The notes below the pieces were generated by a model, which made no database searches, had not been told where the DNA came from, and saw nothing but the letters and a program-made list of their open reading frames with translations. Shown one piece after another: positions 51,797-61,697 of a DNA stretch of 61,697 bases. Both the position numbers and the translations under genes were made by a program. Position 1 is the stretch's first letter; every line of letters starts with the position of its first letter. This DNA comes from Marinospirillum sp. (GTDB lineage Bacteria > Pseudomonadota > Gammaproteobacteria > Pseudomonadales > Halomonadaceae), in assembly GCF_007119985.1 (NCBI RefSeq), contig NZ_SKOQ01000063.1. One strand, written 5' to 3'.

Positions 51797-53572
51797 ATGC
51801 GAAGCCATTACTGTGGTGATTTAAACACCAGTCACCTCGATCAAGAAGTTCTCCTCTGCGGTTGGGTACACCGCCGCCGCGATCATGGAGGGGTGATCTT
51901 CCTCGATATGCGTGATCGTAATGGTTTAGCGCAGGTGGTGGTCGATCCTGATACCGAAGAAGCCTTTGCGCGCGCAGATCGTTCACGCAGCGAATATGTG
52001 CTGAAAATCCGTGGTTTAGTGCGTCGTCGCCCAGAAGGCACAGTCAATCTGAACATGCCGACTGGCGAGATTGAAGTGCTGGCCAAGGAAGTTGAAGTGC
52101 TCAACACCGCCGAAACACCGCCCTTTATGCTCGATGAGCACGGTAAGGTCGGCGAAGATGTGCGCCTGAAGTATCGCTATGTGGATCTGCGTCGTCCAGA
52201 TATGGCGGAAAAGCTGCGTTTTCGTTCACGTGTGACCCACCAAATCCGTAACTTCCTTGAAGAACAAGGCTTTTTGGATATCGAAACCCCGATTTTGACA
52301 CGGGCCACACCAGAAGGTGCGCGTGACTATCTGGTGCCGAGCCGGACGCATGAAGGTCATTTCTTTGCCTTGCCTCAGTCGCCGCAGCTCTTTAAGCAGC
52401 TGCTGATGGTGGCCGGTTTTGATCGCTACTATCAAATTGCCAAGTGCTTCCGTGATGAAGACCTGCGTGCTGATCGTCAGCCAGAATTCACCCAGATCGA
52501 TATCGAAGCTTCATTTGTCGATGAAGCCGATATCATGGGTGCGGCTGAAGGCATGATTCGCCAGATTTTCCAAGGTTCACTGGGTGTAGATCTGGGTGAC
52601 TTCCCGCACATGCCTTACTCCGAAGCCATGGATCGTTATGGCTCGGATAAGCCAGATCTGCGTATCCCGCTGGAGCTGGTGGATGTCGGTGATCTAATGG
52701 CCAATGTTGACTTCAAGGTCTTCTCTGGCCCCGCCACGGATCCCAAAGGCCGTGTCGCGGCGCTGAAAGTCAAAGGTGGCGCTGAGTTGTCGCGCAAGCA
52801 GATTGATGACTACACCAAGTTTGTTGGTATCTATGGCGCGCGCGGCTTGGCGTGGATTAAAGTCAACAAGCGTGCGGATGGTCTAGAGGGTTTACAATCT
52901 CCAATCGTCAAGTTTATGGAAGGCATCATCGATCAGTTGCTAGATCGTGTTGGTGCAGAAGATGGCGATATCATCTTCTTCGGTGCCGATAAGACCAAGA
53001 TCGTGAACGAAGCCCTCGGTGCACTGCGTTGCAAGCTGGGCGAAGATCTGAACCTCTACACCTGCGAATGGGCACCGCTGTGGGTTGTTGATTTCCCCAT
53101 GTTTGAAGAAAACAGCGATGGCAGCCTCAGCGCACTGCATCACCCCTTTACTGCGCCCAAATGTACGCCAGAAGAGTTAGAAGCCAACCCTGCTGAACAG
53201 CTCTCGCGCGCCTATGACATGGTGCTGAATGGGACGGAGTTAGGTGGCGGTTCGATCCGTATCCACCATCAAGCCATGCAGCAGGCGGTCTTCCGTGTGC
53301 TGGGGATCAGTGCTGAAGAGCAGCGTGAGAAGTTTGGCTTCCTGCTTGATGCGTTGAAGTTTGGTGCGCCGCCCCACGGTGGTCTGGCCTTTGGTCTGGA
53401 CCGTCTGATGATGCTGATGACCGGTGCCAAATCGATTCGCGAAGTCATTGCCTTCCCGAAAACCCAATCTGCCGCCTGTGTGATGACAGAAGCGCCTGGT
53501 GAAGTCAGCCCCGCGCAGTTGAAAGAACTCAGCTTGCGCCTGCGGGTGAAGGCCAATACCGAAGCGGAATAA
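51797..53572 (+). CDS. aspS: Aspartate--tRNA ligase
   Basis: [39 protein letters not shown]. Confidence 0.98.
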   Translation: MRSHYCGDLNTSHLDQEVLLCGWVHRRRDHGGVIFLDMRDRNGLAQVVVDPDTEEAFARADRSRSEYVLKIRGLVRRRPEGTVNLNMPTGEIEVLAKEVEVLNTAETPPFMLDEHGKVGEDVRLKYRYVDLRRPDMAEKLRFRSRVTHQIRNFLEEQGFLDIETPILTRATPEGARDYLVPSRTHEGHFFALPQSPQLFKQLLMVAGFDRYYQIAKCFRDEDLRADRQPEFTQIDIEASFVDEADIMGAAEGMIRQIFQGSLGVDLGDFPHMPYSEAMDRYGSDKPDLRIPLELVDVGDLMANVDFKVFSGPATDPKGRVAALKVKGGAELSRKQIDDYTKFVGIYGARGLAWIKVNKRADGLEGLQSPIVKFMEGIIDQLLDRVGAEDGDIIFFGADKTKIVNEALGALRCKLGEDLNLYTCEWAPLWVVDFPMFEENSDGSLSALHHPFTAPKCTPEELEANPAEQLSRAYDMVLNGTELGGGSIRIHHQAMQQAVFRVLGISAEEQREKFGFLLDALKFGAPPHGGLAFGLDRLMMLMTGAKSIREVIAFPKTQSAACVMTEAPGEVSPAQLKELSLRLRVKANTEAE

Positions 53573-53593
53573 GCTCTTTGGTAGCAGGATGTC

Positions 53594-53624
53594 GGCCCAG
53601 CCCTTCGGGGTTGGGCTTTTTTTT
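53594..53624 (+). terminator. Terminator after aspS
   Basis: GGCCCAGCCC-ttcg-GGGTTGGGCT plus T-run. Confidence 0.85.
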
Positions 53625-53736
53625 GACCGAGGGATGGTGAAGAGCACCTTGTTAAAATGCTGATTGTTGAGAGAAAGATGAAAAGTCCAAATCTGCAAGC
53701 CCCGTCGTGGCATGATCTGCAGCGAGCAGACCACTC

Positions 53737-54294
53737 ATGGCGCTGATTCTCGGGATCGATCCAGGCTCACGCATCACAGGTTACGGCTTGGTGCAGGCAG
53801 AACACGGGCGGTTTACCTATCATGCCAGTGGCTGTATTCGCTTGCAGGGGGAGACACTGGCGCAGAAGCTGGCGCAGATCTATGCCTCAATCAGTGAATT
53901 GATCGCCCAGTATCGTCCAGATCAAGTAGCCATTGAGCAGGTCTTTATGGCTAAAAATGCCGATTCTGCTCTGAAACTGGGGCAGGCAAGAGGCGCGGCG
54001 CTCGTCTGTTTAGCCAATCATGGCTTTGCGGTGCATGAGTATTCTGCCAAAGAGGTGAAGCTGGCGGTCACCGGCACCGGCGGGGCAGATAAAACGCAGG
54101 TGCAGCAGATGATCGTCCATCTTCTTAAGCTCTCCGCCACCCCGCAGGCTGATGCTGCTGATGCACTGGCGATTGCCCTATGCCACGGCTATACCTCTTC
54201 TGGCTTGCTGGCTTTATCTGGGCAGCTGCAAGCCAAGGGGCGCGGGGGGAGTCGTTGGCGTGATTATGATCCGCAGCGCCATAAAGGGACTTAA
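53737..54294 (+). CDS. ruvC: Holliday junction resolvase
   Basis: ILGIDPGSRITGYG, AIEQVF, DAADALA. Confidence 0.96.
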   Translation: MALILGIDPGSRITGYGLVQAEHGRFTYHASGCIRLQGETLAQKLAQIYASISELIAQYRPDQVAIEQVFMAKNADSALKLGQARGAALVCLANHGFAVHEYSAKEVKLAVTGTGGADKTQVQQMIVHLLKLSATPQADAADALAIALCHGYTSSGLLALSGQLQAKGRGGSRWRDYDPQRHKGT

Positions 54295-54378
54295 TCTTCA
54301 GCGCGACCTTCGATCAGTATCCAGCGGCGATCAGGTTCAGTAGAATGCTCGCCTTTGTCTTCAGTGGAAGTGCGTAAC

Positions 54379-55062
54379 ATGACTTTTGATCTGCCTCTCT
54401 TTATTCTGATTCTCGATCTTTTTGGCACAGTGGTTTTTGCCGCTGCGGGTGTGCTCGCGGCGGCCCAGCGTCGCCTGGATCTCTTTGGTGTGATCGTGGT
54501 GGGTACGGTGACCGCCATTGGTGGTGGGACACTGCGCGATTTGATTCTTGGTCGACTACCGGTCTTCTGGGTGCAGGATAATCTGTATATCTGGATTACC
54601 GTGACCACCTCAGTGGTGGTTTTTGCCTTGGCGAGGCGTTTGCGCTTTCCGCATCAGGCGATACAGATTGCCGATGCGATAGGCTTAGCAGTATTCACCA
54701 TTATTGGTGCTAATGTCGCCTTGAGCTTGGGCCATTCGCCGCTGATTGCTGTGGTCACGGGGGTGATGACCGGTGTCTTTGGTGGTATCGTGCGCGATGT
54801 CCTCACCGCGGTGAAGCCGATGATTTTTGAGAAGGAAATCTACGCCACGGCCGTTTTTGCTGGCGCTTTTGTTTATGTCAATTTGACGTGGTTTTTACCC
54901 GATCACTGGGAAACCTTTAATACACTGGTGGCGATGAGTGTCGTGTTGGGATTGCGCTTAGCCGCCATCCGCTGGCATTTGCATCTGCCGGTTTTCTTAT
55001 CGGTCGAAGATCAGCGAGATCAACAACCGCCTGAGCGTGAACCAAACAAGAAAGAAGGCTGA
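54379..55062 (+). CDS. TRIC/UPF0126 (YadS-like) membrane protein
   Basis: Duplicated GGGTLRD / GGIVRD repeats. Confidence 0.9.
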   Translation: MTFDLPLFILILDLFGTVVFAAAGVLAAAQRRLDLFGVIVVGTVTAIGGGTLRDLILGRLPVFWVQDNLYIWITVTTSVVVFALARRLRFPHQAIQIADAIGLAVFTIIGANVALSLGHSPLIAVVTGVMTGVFGGIVRDVLTAVKPMIFEKEIYATAVFAGAFVYVNLTWFLPDHWETFNTLVAMSVVLGLRLAAIRWHLHLPVFLSVEDQRDQQPPEREPNKKEG

Positions 55063-55106
55063 GGCGAGATGCTGTGCTGGTTTCGATCTTCTGATGAGGC
55101 AAGATC

Positions 55107-55712
55107 ATGATAGGACGTTTGCAAGGCCAATTGATTGAAAAGCAGCCCTCTTGGGCCGTGATCGATGTGCAGGGTGTGGGTTATGAAGTGGAGTTGCCCT
55201 TATCGGTATTTGCGCAGCTGCCAGAGTTAGAGCAGCCGTTGACGCTGTGGATTCACCATTTGGTGCGTGAAGATGCGCAGCTCCTGTATGGATTTATGCA
55301 GTTGGCCGAGCGCCAGCTGTTTCGTGAGCTGATTAAAGTCAGCGGCATTGGCCCCAAGGTGGCACTGGCGCTGTTGTCTTCGCTGAGTTTGAATGCGCTT
55401 TTACATGCAGTACAGCAGCAGGATGTGGCCACTTTAACGCGCGTCCCTGGTATCGGCAAAAAAACGGCCGAGCGGTTACTTTTAGATTTGAAGGATCGAC
55501 TCAAGGCCTGGTCCGCACCCGCCACGGCCAGCTCCAGTGCAGTGGAAGCGCGCTCGGCAATCAGCGTGGATCCGCAGCTCGAAGCCGAAGCCGCCTTGGT
55601 TGCTCTGGGCTATAAACCAGCGGATGCCGCGCAGGTGATCAAAGCGGTGGCAGAAGAAGTGGAAGGCACCTCAGAATTGATTCGCGCTGCCCTCAAGCGC
55701 TTGGCGCGTTAA
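55107..55712 (+). CDS. ruvA: Holliday junction branch migration protein
   Basis: GVGYEV, VREDA, SGIGPK, PGIGKKTAER, ALVALGY. Confidence 0.96.
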   Translation: MIGRLQGQLIEKQPSWAVIDVQGVGYEVELPLSVFAQLPELEQPLTLWIHHLVREDAQLLYGFMQLAERQLFRELIKVSGIGPKVALALLSSLSLNALLHAVQQQDVATLTRVPGIGKKTAERLLLDLKDRLKAWSAPATASSSAVEARSAISVDPQLEAEAALVALGYKPADAAQVIKAVAEEVEGTSELIRAALKRLAR

Positions 55713-55737
55713 TAGCGGCGTTGCGAAGGATCACGAA

Positions 55738-55768
55738 TAAAAAAACAGCCTCGTTATGAGGCTGTTTT
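55738..55768. terminator. Bidirectional terminator after ruvA
   Basis: AAAACAGCCTC-gttat-GAGGCTGTTTT. Confidence 0.85.
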
Positions 55769-55788
55769 CGTCAGTCAAGACTGCATAG

Positions 55789-56940
55789 CTAGAGCGCGCG
55801 CTTCAGCAAGGCGCGCACTTCATCTGCGCCGAGCTTGCCCTGCTCACCCAGTGGGAACATCTGATGGGCTTCGAGCTGTTCGATCACAGCATCGATGGCT
55901 TCAGCACCCAGATCCACCTCACTCAGATGAATCGGTGCTCCAAGGCGGTGGAAGAAATCAGCGGTTAAGCGGATAGCACTTTGGATGCGTTCTTCCTCGC
56001 TACCCTCACTCAGCTGCCAAACACGTTCTGCATATTGTAGTAACTTCGCGCGCTTGTCCTGGCGGCAATAATCCATCAGCGCGGGCAAGACAATACTCAG
56101 GCTACGGGCATGATCGACCCCATAAAGGCCAGTCAGCTCATGGCCGATCATATGCGTGGCCCAATCTTGGGGGACACCGACACCCAGCAGGCCGTTCAGG
56201 GCTTGGGTCGCGGCCCACATAATATTGGCGCGCACTTCAAGATCATCGGGTGTGGTCAGGAGTTTGGGACCTTCCTCGATCAGCGTCAGCAGCAGACCTT
56301 CAGCAAAGCGATCTTGCACCTTGGCGTTGACTGGGTAGGTTAAATACTGCTCCATCACATGCACATAGGCATCCACGACGCCATTGATGGAATAGTGCAG
56401 CGGCAGGCTCAGCGTGGTGGCCGGATCGAGAATGGCAAACTCAGGGCGCACCTTGGATGAGGAGAAGCCACGCTTTTCATGACCACGGTTGACCACCGAA
56501 TTGGTGTTGGTTTCAGAACCCGTGGCCGGGAGCGTCAGAATACAGCCAAGGGGCAGGGCTTGAGCGACGACAGCCCCTTGCGTCAGAATCTGCCAAGGAT
56601 CATCGCCTGCAAAACAGGCTGCCGCGGCAATAAACTTCGCCCCATCGGCAACGGAACCCCCACCAACGGCCAGCAGGTAATCAAAACCTTCTTGTTTGAT
56701 CTTCTCGACCGCGCGCATCAGTGTGTCATATTGCGGATTGGGTTCAATCCCAGAGAACTCGCCCCACTGGTGGCCTTCTAGGGCCTGAGCCACCTGTTCA
56801 TACACCCCGTTTTTCTTGATCGAGCCACCGCCATAGAGCAGCAGCACTTTTTTGTCTTCAGGCAAGCAGCGACTGAGTTGTTCGATCTGTCCTTCACCAA
56901 AAAAAATCTGCGTGGTATTGCTATAGCTAAATTTCATCAT
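55789..56940 (-). CDS. Iron-containing alcohol dehydrogenase, YqhD-like
   Basis: YGGGSIK, GIEPNP, TLPATGSE, DWATHMIGHE; start among ATGs 56937-56943. Confidence 0.92.
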   Translation of the reverse strand: MMKFSYSNTTQIFFGEGQIEQLSRCLPEDKKVLLLYGGGSIKKNGVYEQVAQALEGHQWGEFSGIEPNPQYDTLMRAVEKIKQEGFDYLLAVGGGSVADGAKFIAAAACFAGDDPWQILTQGAVVAQALPLGCILTLPATGSETNTNSVVNRGHEKRGFSSSKVRPEFAILDPATTLSLPLHYSINGVVDAYVHVMEQYLTYPVNAKVQDRFAEGLLLTLIEEGPKLLTTPDDLEVRANIMWAATQALNGLLGVGVPQDWATHMIGHELTGLYGVDHARSLSIVLPALMDYCRQDKRAKLLQYAERVWQLSEGSEEERIQSAIRLTADFFHRLGAPIHLSEVDLGAEAIDAVIEQLEAHQMFPLGEQGKLGADEVRALLKRAL

Positions 56941-56983
56941 CATCAACCTGAGTGCGAGTGGGTTTGTCCTGATTGCAGCGCCC

Positions 56984-57823
56984 TTAGATGCTCGGGCGAA
57001 AACGCCTTTCTATCCCTGCTTGAGCGAGAATGCGGGTCGAAATCTCCTCGATCGAATAGTGAGTGGAATCAATATAGTCAATATTGTGGCGTTGATAGAG
57101 GCTTTCAACCTCTTGTACCTCGCGTTGGCAAATTTTGAGAGAGGCGTAATGGCTATTGGGCCGACGTTCATGCCGGATCGAGGCTAAGCGCTCTGGTTCA
57201 ATCGTCAGGCCAAACAGCTTATGGCGATAAGGACGCAGGGCCTTGGGCAGCTCGCTATCCAGCAGATCATCCTCAGTAATCGGATAGTTGGCCGCTTTAA
57301 TACCAAATTGCAGTGCCATATAAATACAGGTGGGGGTTTTGCCGCAGCGTGAGACGCCAACCAGAATCAAGTCGGCCTTGTCATAGTGGTGGGTGCGTGC
57401 GCCATCATCATTATCTAAAGCAAAATGAACCGAATCGATGCGTGCCTTGTAGGTGTCTTCTTTCTCTTTGGTGAGCGCGTGATTTTTGCCGACTGAATAG
57501 GTGGAATGGGTTTGCAGCTCCTCTTCAAGCGGCGCTAAAAAGGTCGAGAAGACATCAATGTTCAAGGCTTGGCTCGTATTGATGATGCGACGGATTTTTT
57601 GATCCACGATGGTATCAATCAATAAAGGTCGTCTTTGCTCTTCTTCACAGGTTTGATTGATCAACGCGACCAGCTGCTGCGCCTTCTCTTCTGTATTGAC
57701 ATAGGGCTTGGTGATCATCTCAAACTGAATCGCCTCAAACTGAGCCAGCAGGCTGCGCCCCAAGGCTTCAGCCGTGATCCCCGTGCCGTCAGAAATGAAA
57801 AAAGCGGTGCGTTTGTTTGGCAT
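56984..57823 (-). CDS. ppsR: PEP synthase regulatory kinase/pyrophosphorylase
   Basis: [22 protein letters not shown]; divergent from ppsA. Confidence 0.94.
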   Translation of the reverse strand: MPNKRTAFFISDGTGITAEALGRSLLAQFEAIQFEMITKPYVNTEEKAQQLVALINQTCEEEQRRPLLIDTIVDQKIRRIINTSQALNIDVFSTFLAPLEEELQTHSTYSVGKNHALTKEKEDTYKARIDSVHFALDNDDGARTHHYDKADLILVGVSRCGKTPTCIYMALQFGIKAANYPITEDDLLDSELPKALRPYRHKLFGLTIEPERLASIRHERRPNSHYASLKICQREVQEVESLYQRHNIDYIDSTHYSIEEISTRILAQAGIERRFRPSI

Positions 57824-57973
57824 AGGTGCATCCTATTCTCAATACAATTCATGTTATGATGGCACACAGACGAGCAACCTCAGCTCTATCCATGTGAAAA
57901 GTGAAATCTAGCTGTATTGTGCCTAGATTTGCTTTTTTATGCTATTGAGCCGCATTTGAATGGGAGACAGGTC

Positions 57974-60364
57974 TTGAGTGCAACAGCGATGAATAATGCG
58001 CATATCCTTTGGTTTGATCACCTCGGTATGCAAGATGTCGAACGTGTCGGTGGGAAAAATGCCTCTTTAGGCGAGATGATCAGCCATCTTTCCGCTGTTG
58101 GTGTTCAGGTGCCCGGTGGATTTGCCACCACGGCCCAAGCCTATCGTGATTTTTTACAACATGATGGCTTAGCTGAACGCATCAATCAGGCTTTAACCCA
58201 GCTTGATGTGGAGGATGTCAAAGCGTTGGCCAGCACTGGCGCCCAGATTCGCCGCTGGATTATCGAGACACCCTTTCCGCAAGAACTTGAAGCGGCCCTC
58301 GCCGAGGCCTATGCCGAGCTTGAGCGCCTGTATCCTGATCTCAAAGTCGCCGTGCGCTCCTCAGCCACCGCAGAAGACCTGCCCGATGCCTCCTTTGCCG
58401 GTCAACAAGAAACCTTCCTCAATATCCAAGGGCTGGCGCAAGTCAAGCAGGCCGTACATGAGGTTTTTGCCTCTTTGTTTAATGATCGTGCCATCTCCTA
58501 TCGTGTTCATCAGGGTTTTGATCATGCTCAGGTCGCGCTGTCGGCCGGCATCCAAAAGATGGTGCGCTCAGAAACCGGTGCCGCTGGGGTGATGTTTACC
58601 CTCGATACTGAATCGGGTTTTCGTGATGCGGTGTTTGTGACCAGTGCCTATGGCTTGGGTGAAACCGTGGTGCAAGGGGCTGTCAACCCGGATGAGTTCT
58701 ATGTCCACAAACCCACGCTGGAGGCTGGTCGTCCTGCTATTTTACGTCGCAATCTTGGCAGCAAACTGATCAAAATGATCTATGGAGATTCGACCAGTGC
58801 CGGCCATTCGGTCAAAACGGTTGAAGTTCCACTGGCCGAGCGGCAGCGTTTCTCGCTCAGTGATGACGAAATCATGCAGCTGGCGCGTCAGGCCATGATT
58901 ATCGAGCAGCACTACCAGCGTCCGATGGATATTGAATGGGCGAAGGATGGTGATGATGGTCAGCTATATATTGTTCAGGCGCGTCCTGAAACTGTCAAAA
59001 GCCGCGATGCCAGCAATGTGATGGAGCGCTTTTTGCTCAAGGAGCAAGGGCAGGTACTCGTGGAAGGCCGTGCCATCGGTCAGCGTATAGGTGCGGGCAA
59101 GGTGCGCATTGTGGCTGGCCCCCATGAGATGGATAAGGTGGAAGCGGGCGATGTGCTGGTCACCGATATGACTGATCCAGATTGGGAGCCGGTGATGAAA
59201 AAGGCTTCGGCCATCGTGACCAATCGCGGTGGTCGTACCTGCCATGCGGCGATTATTGCACGTGAGCTGGGTATTCCTGCGGTGGTTGGCTGTGGTGATG
59301 CCACCGAAGTGCTCGAAGAGGGTCGCCCCGTGACCGTCTCCTGCGCCGAAGGCGATACTGGATTTATCTATGATGGTATTCTCGATTACGAACTGTTGAC
59401 CAATAGCATCGAGGCCATGCCGCAACTGCCTTTCAAAATCATGATGAATGTCGGCAATCCAGATCGTGCCTTTGGTTTTGCAGCCCTCCCCAATGAGGGG
59501 GTTGGTCTGGCACGGCTTGAATTTATCATCAATCGCATGATTGGCGTGCATCCTAAAGCGCTGCTCGAATTCGATAGCCTGCCGAGTGATTTGCAAAAAA
59601 CCATCTCGGCCCGCATTCAGGGTTATCAGGGGCCAGTGGATTTCTATGTCGAGAAGCTGGTTGAGGGGATTGCCAGTCTCGCGGCGGCCTTCTGGCCCAA
59701 GCGCGTCATCGTGCGCCTGTCTGATTTTAAATCCAACGAATATGAGAACCTGATCGGCGGTAAGCTTTATGAGCCAGCAGAAGAAAACCCGATGCTGGGC
59801 TTTCGTGGCGCTTCGCGCTATATCTCAGAGAAGTTCCAGGATTGCTTTGAGCTTGAATGTCGCGCCCTGAAGAAGGTGCGTGATGTGATGGGGCTCAATA
59901 ATGTCGAGATCATGGTGCCTTTTGTACGCACTGTCGGCGAAGCCAAGGGCGTCTCTGAACTGCTTGAAGCCAAGGGGCTGGTGCGTGGCGAAAACGGCCT
60001 GAAGCTGATTATGATGTGTGAGCTGCCCGCCAATGCCTTACTGGCAGAAGAGTTCCTAGAATACTTTGATGGCTTCTCGATTGGCTCGAACGATCTGACG
60101 CAGCTCACGCTCGGTTTAGATCGCGATTCGGGCATCGTGGCGCATTTGTTTGATGAGCGGAATCCCGCCGTGAAGCGTCTGTTGTCGATGGCGATTCAAG
60201 CCTGTAAAAAACAAGGCAAGTATGTTGGCATATGCGGTCAAGGCCCCTCAGACCATCCCGATCTAGCGCGCTGGTTGATGGAGCAGGGGATCGACTCTGT
60301 CTCTTTGAACCCAGATGCCGTGCTGGACACCTGGTTTAACTTGGCGAATGATGCAGCTGAATAG
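57974..60364 (+). CDS. ppsA: Phosphoenolpyruvate synthase
   Basis: [40 protein letters not shown]; start TTG 57974 or ATG 57989. Confidence 0.97.
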   Translation: MSATAMNNAHILWFDHLGMQDVERVGGKNASLGEMISHLSAVGVQVPGGFATTAQAYRDFLQHDGLAERINQALTQLDVEDVKALASTGAQIRRWIIETPFPQELEAALAEAYAELERLYPDLKVAVRSSATAEDLPDASFAGQQETFLNIQGLAQVKQAVHEVFASLFNDRAISYRVHQGFDHAQVALSAGIQKMVRSETGAAGVMFTLDTESGFRDAVFVTSAYGLGETVVQGAVNPDEFYVHKPTLEAGRPAILRRNLGSKLIKMIYGDSTSAGHSVKTVEVPLAERQRFSLSDDEIMQLARQAMIIEQHYQRPMDIEWAKDGDDGQLYIVQARPETVKSRDASNVMERFLLKEQGQVLVEGRAIGQRIGAGKVRIVAGPHEMDKVEAGDVLVTDMTDPDWEPVMKKASAIVTNRGGRTCHAAIIARELGIPAVVGCGDATEVLEEGRPVTVSCAEGDTGFIYDGILDYELLTNSIEAMPQLPFKIMMNVGNPDRAFGFAALPNEGVGLARLEFIINRMIGVHPKALLEFDSLPSDLQKTISARIQGYQGPVDFYVEKLVEGIASLAAAFWPKRVIVRLSDFKSNEYENLIGGKLYEPAEENPMLGFRGASRYISEKFQDCFELECRALKKVRDVMGLNNVEIMVPFVRTVGEAKGVSELLEAKGLVRGENGLKLIMMCELPANALLAEEFLEYFDGFSIGSNDLTQLTLGLDRDSGIVAHLFDERNPAVKRLLSMAIQACKKQGKYVGICGQGPSDHPDLARWLMEQGIDSVSLNPDAVLDTWFNLANDAAE

Positions 60365-60419
60365 AGATAAAAAGTGGCTTGAGCCTTGTTCTATTCTTTA
60401 TCCAATGAAGGAGTTTGAT

Positions 60420-60911
60420 ATGCACTATGTAACGCCGGATTTATGCGATGCCTACCCAGATCTTGTTGAAGTCGTTGAGCCCCTGTTTAGCAACCTCGGT
60501 GGCCGTGGCTCTTTTGGTGGCGAGATCGTCACCATCAAGTGCTTTGAAGACAACTCGCTGGTCAAAGAAGAAGTTGAAAAGCCAGGTGAAGGCAAGGTCA
60601 TGGTCGTCGATGCTGGTGGTTCTTTCCGCTGCGCGATGCTTGGCGATATGCTGGCAGAGAAGGCCGTGCAAAACGGCTGGGAAGGCGTGATCATGTATGG
60701 CTGCATCCGTGATGTGGATGTGATCGCAGATCTGGATCTGGGTGTGCAAGCACTGGGCACTCATCCTAAAAAATCAGAGAAAAAAGGCGTAGGCGAATAT
60801 CAGATTGCCGTGTCTTTTGGTGGCGTCACCTTTGTTCCAGGCGATTACCTCTATGCGGATAACAACGGCATCATCGTTTCTCCCGAACCTTTAGCCATGC
60901 CGCAGGACTAA
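60420..60911 (+). CDS. rraA: RraA / HMG aldolase family protein
   Basis: [27 protein letters not shown]. Confidence 0.92.
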   Translation: MHYVTPDLCDAYPDLVEVVEPLFSNLGGRGSFGGEIVTIKCFEDNSLVKEEVEKPGEGKVMVVDAGGSFRCAMLGDMLAEKAVQNGWEGVIMYGCIRDVDVIADLDLGVQALGTHPKKSEKKGVGEYQIAVSFGGVTFVPGDYLYADNNGIIVSPEPLAMPQD

Positions 60912-60938
60912 GCGCTGCGCTGCGTGCAACTGCATCAC

Positions 60939-60969
60939 AACAAAGGCCTTGCGGGGCCTTTGTTTTTTT
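60939..60969 (+). terminator. Terminator after rraA
   Basis: AACAAAGGCC..GGCCTTTGTT plus T-run. Confidence 0.8.
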
Positions 60970-60998
60970 CACCTCGCTTGATTGAAGAGAAGAGACCC

Positions 60999-61598
60999 AT
61001 GCTCCAACGGCTGACCCATTTGACCCTCGCCTCGGCCTCGCCCCGTCGCCAGCAGCTTTTACTCCAGTTGCAACCCGCGCTGCAGTTGATGATTCAACCC
61101 GCAGAGATAGATGAAAGCCTAATCGAAGGTGAAGCGGCCAGTATCCGTGTGTTGCGTCTTGCTCAAGCCAAGGCCGAAGCCAGCTGGCAGCGCCTGACTC
61201 CAGATCAACAAGCTTGGCCGCTTCTTGCCGCCGATACAGAAGTGGTGCTCGATGGACAGGCCCTGAGTAAGCCTGCCAGTCCAGAAGAAGCGACTAGCTT
61301 TCTGACGCGCCTTGCTGGGCGCGAGCATCAAGTACAAACCTCCGTGGTGCTCAAAACAGCCCAGCAGACGAGCCACTGTCTTGTCACCACGCAGGTCAAG
61401 ATGCGAGCCCTTGACCCAGCTGAAATAGAAGCCTATATCGCGACGCAGGAGTATCAAGACAAGGCAGGAGGCTACGCAATCCAAGGTCAGGCGGCTGCTT
61501 TTATCGAGCAGATTCAGGGTAGCTATACCAATGTCGTTGGTCTGCCGCTCGAAGCTGTCTACCAGTTGCTGACGCATCACGGATATACCGTTATCTAA
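60999..61598 (+). CDS. Maf family nucleotide pyrophosphatase
   Basis: LASASPRR, IDE, AADTEV, KP, DKAGGY, NVVGLP. Confidence 0.93.
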   Translation: MLQRLTHLTLASASPRRQQLLLQLQPALQLMIQPAEIDESLIEGEAASIRVLRLAQAKAEASWQRLTPDQQAWPLLAADTEVVLDGQALSKPASPEEATSFLTRLAGREHQVQTSVVLKTAQQTSHCLVTTQVKMRALDPAEIEAYIATQEYQDKAGGYAIQGQAAAFIEQIQGSYTNVVGLPLEAVYQLLTHHGYTVI

Positions 61599-61697
61599 TT
61601 TGTTCGCCCCTGATCTCGATACAATCTGTCGCAGGAGAGGGGCTTGGGAGTCAAGCATGGCATGGACTTTGGCTGAACCAGTCACGAGTCATTTGGA

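Noticed and set aside
56935..56946. ATG triplet run at the yqhD-like start as a phase-variation tract
   Set aside because: Only three in-frame triplets; slippage would not shift the frame
61657..61697. Possible start of the next gene (MAWTLAEPVTSHL)
   Set aside because: Only 13 codons are in the window; cannot assign

Overview
Gene-dense chromosomal segment from a gammaproteobacterium. Gene order (fab-pabC-mltG-tmk-holB-pilZ-tatD; etfD/etfBA; fmdB-aspS-ruvC; ppsR-ppsA-rraA) and protein style suggest a Pseudomonadales/Oceanospirillales-type organism; this is inference, not a database result. About 60 CDS, mostly housekeeping: mqo, prs-like, purU, ubiG, cmk-rpsA, gdhA, hisC, fabDG-acpP-fabF, ETF, proS, aspS, ruvC/ruvA, ppsA. 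Signalling genes are interspersed: an EAL protein, an EAL-HDOD protein, two paralogous HD-GYP proteins lacking the HD dyad, a CxxCH-containing diguanylate cyclase, PilZ and an MCP. I saw no rRNA, tRNA, CRISPR array, transposase, integrase, phage gene or recognisable defence system, and I cannot support a claim of a clearly new large system. Best leads: (1) a multi-helix, SD-sequestering leader before the atypical PRPP synthetase; (2) a candidate heme-c/c-di-GMP module next to etfBA; (3) a 9/18-bp periodic tract in frame with purU; (4) a perfect 37-bp palindrome centred on TATAAT; (5) a sigma54 plus NtrC-like promoter architecture at gdhA; (6) broken canonical operons, e.g. ruvA without ruvB. 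Start codons were trimmed by eye from the ORF track and are approximate.
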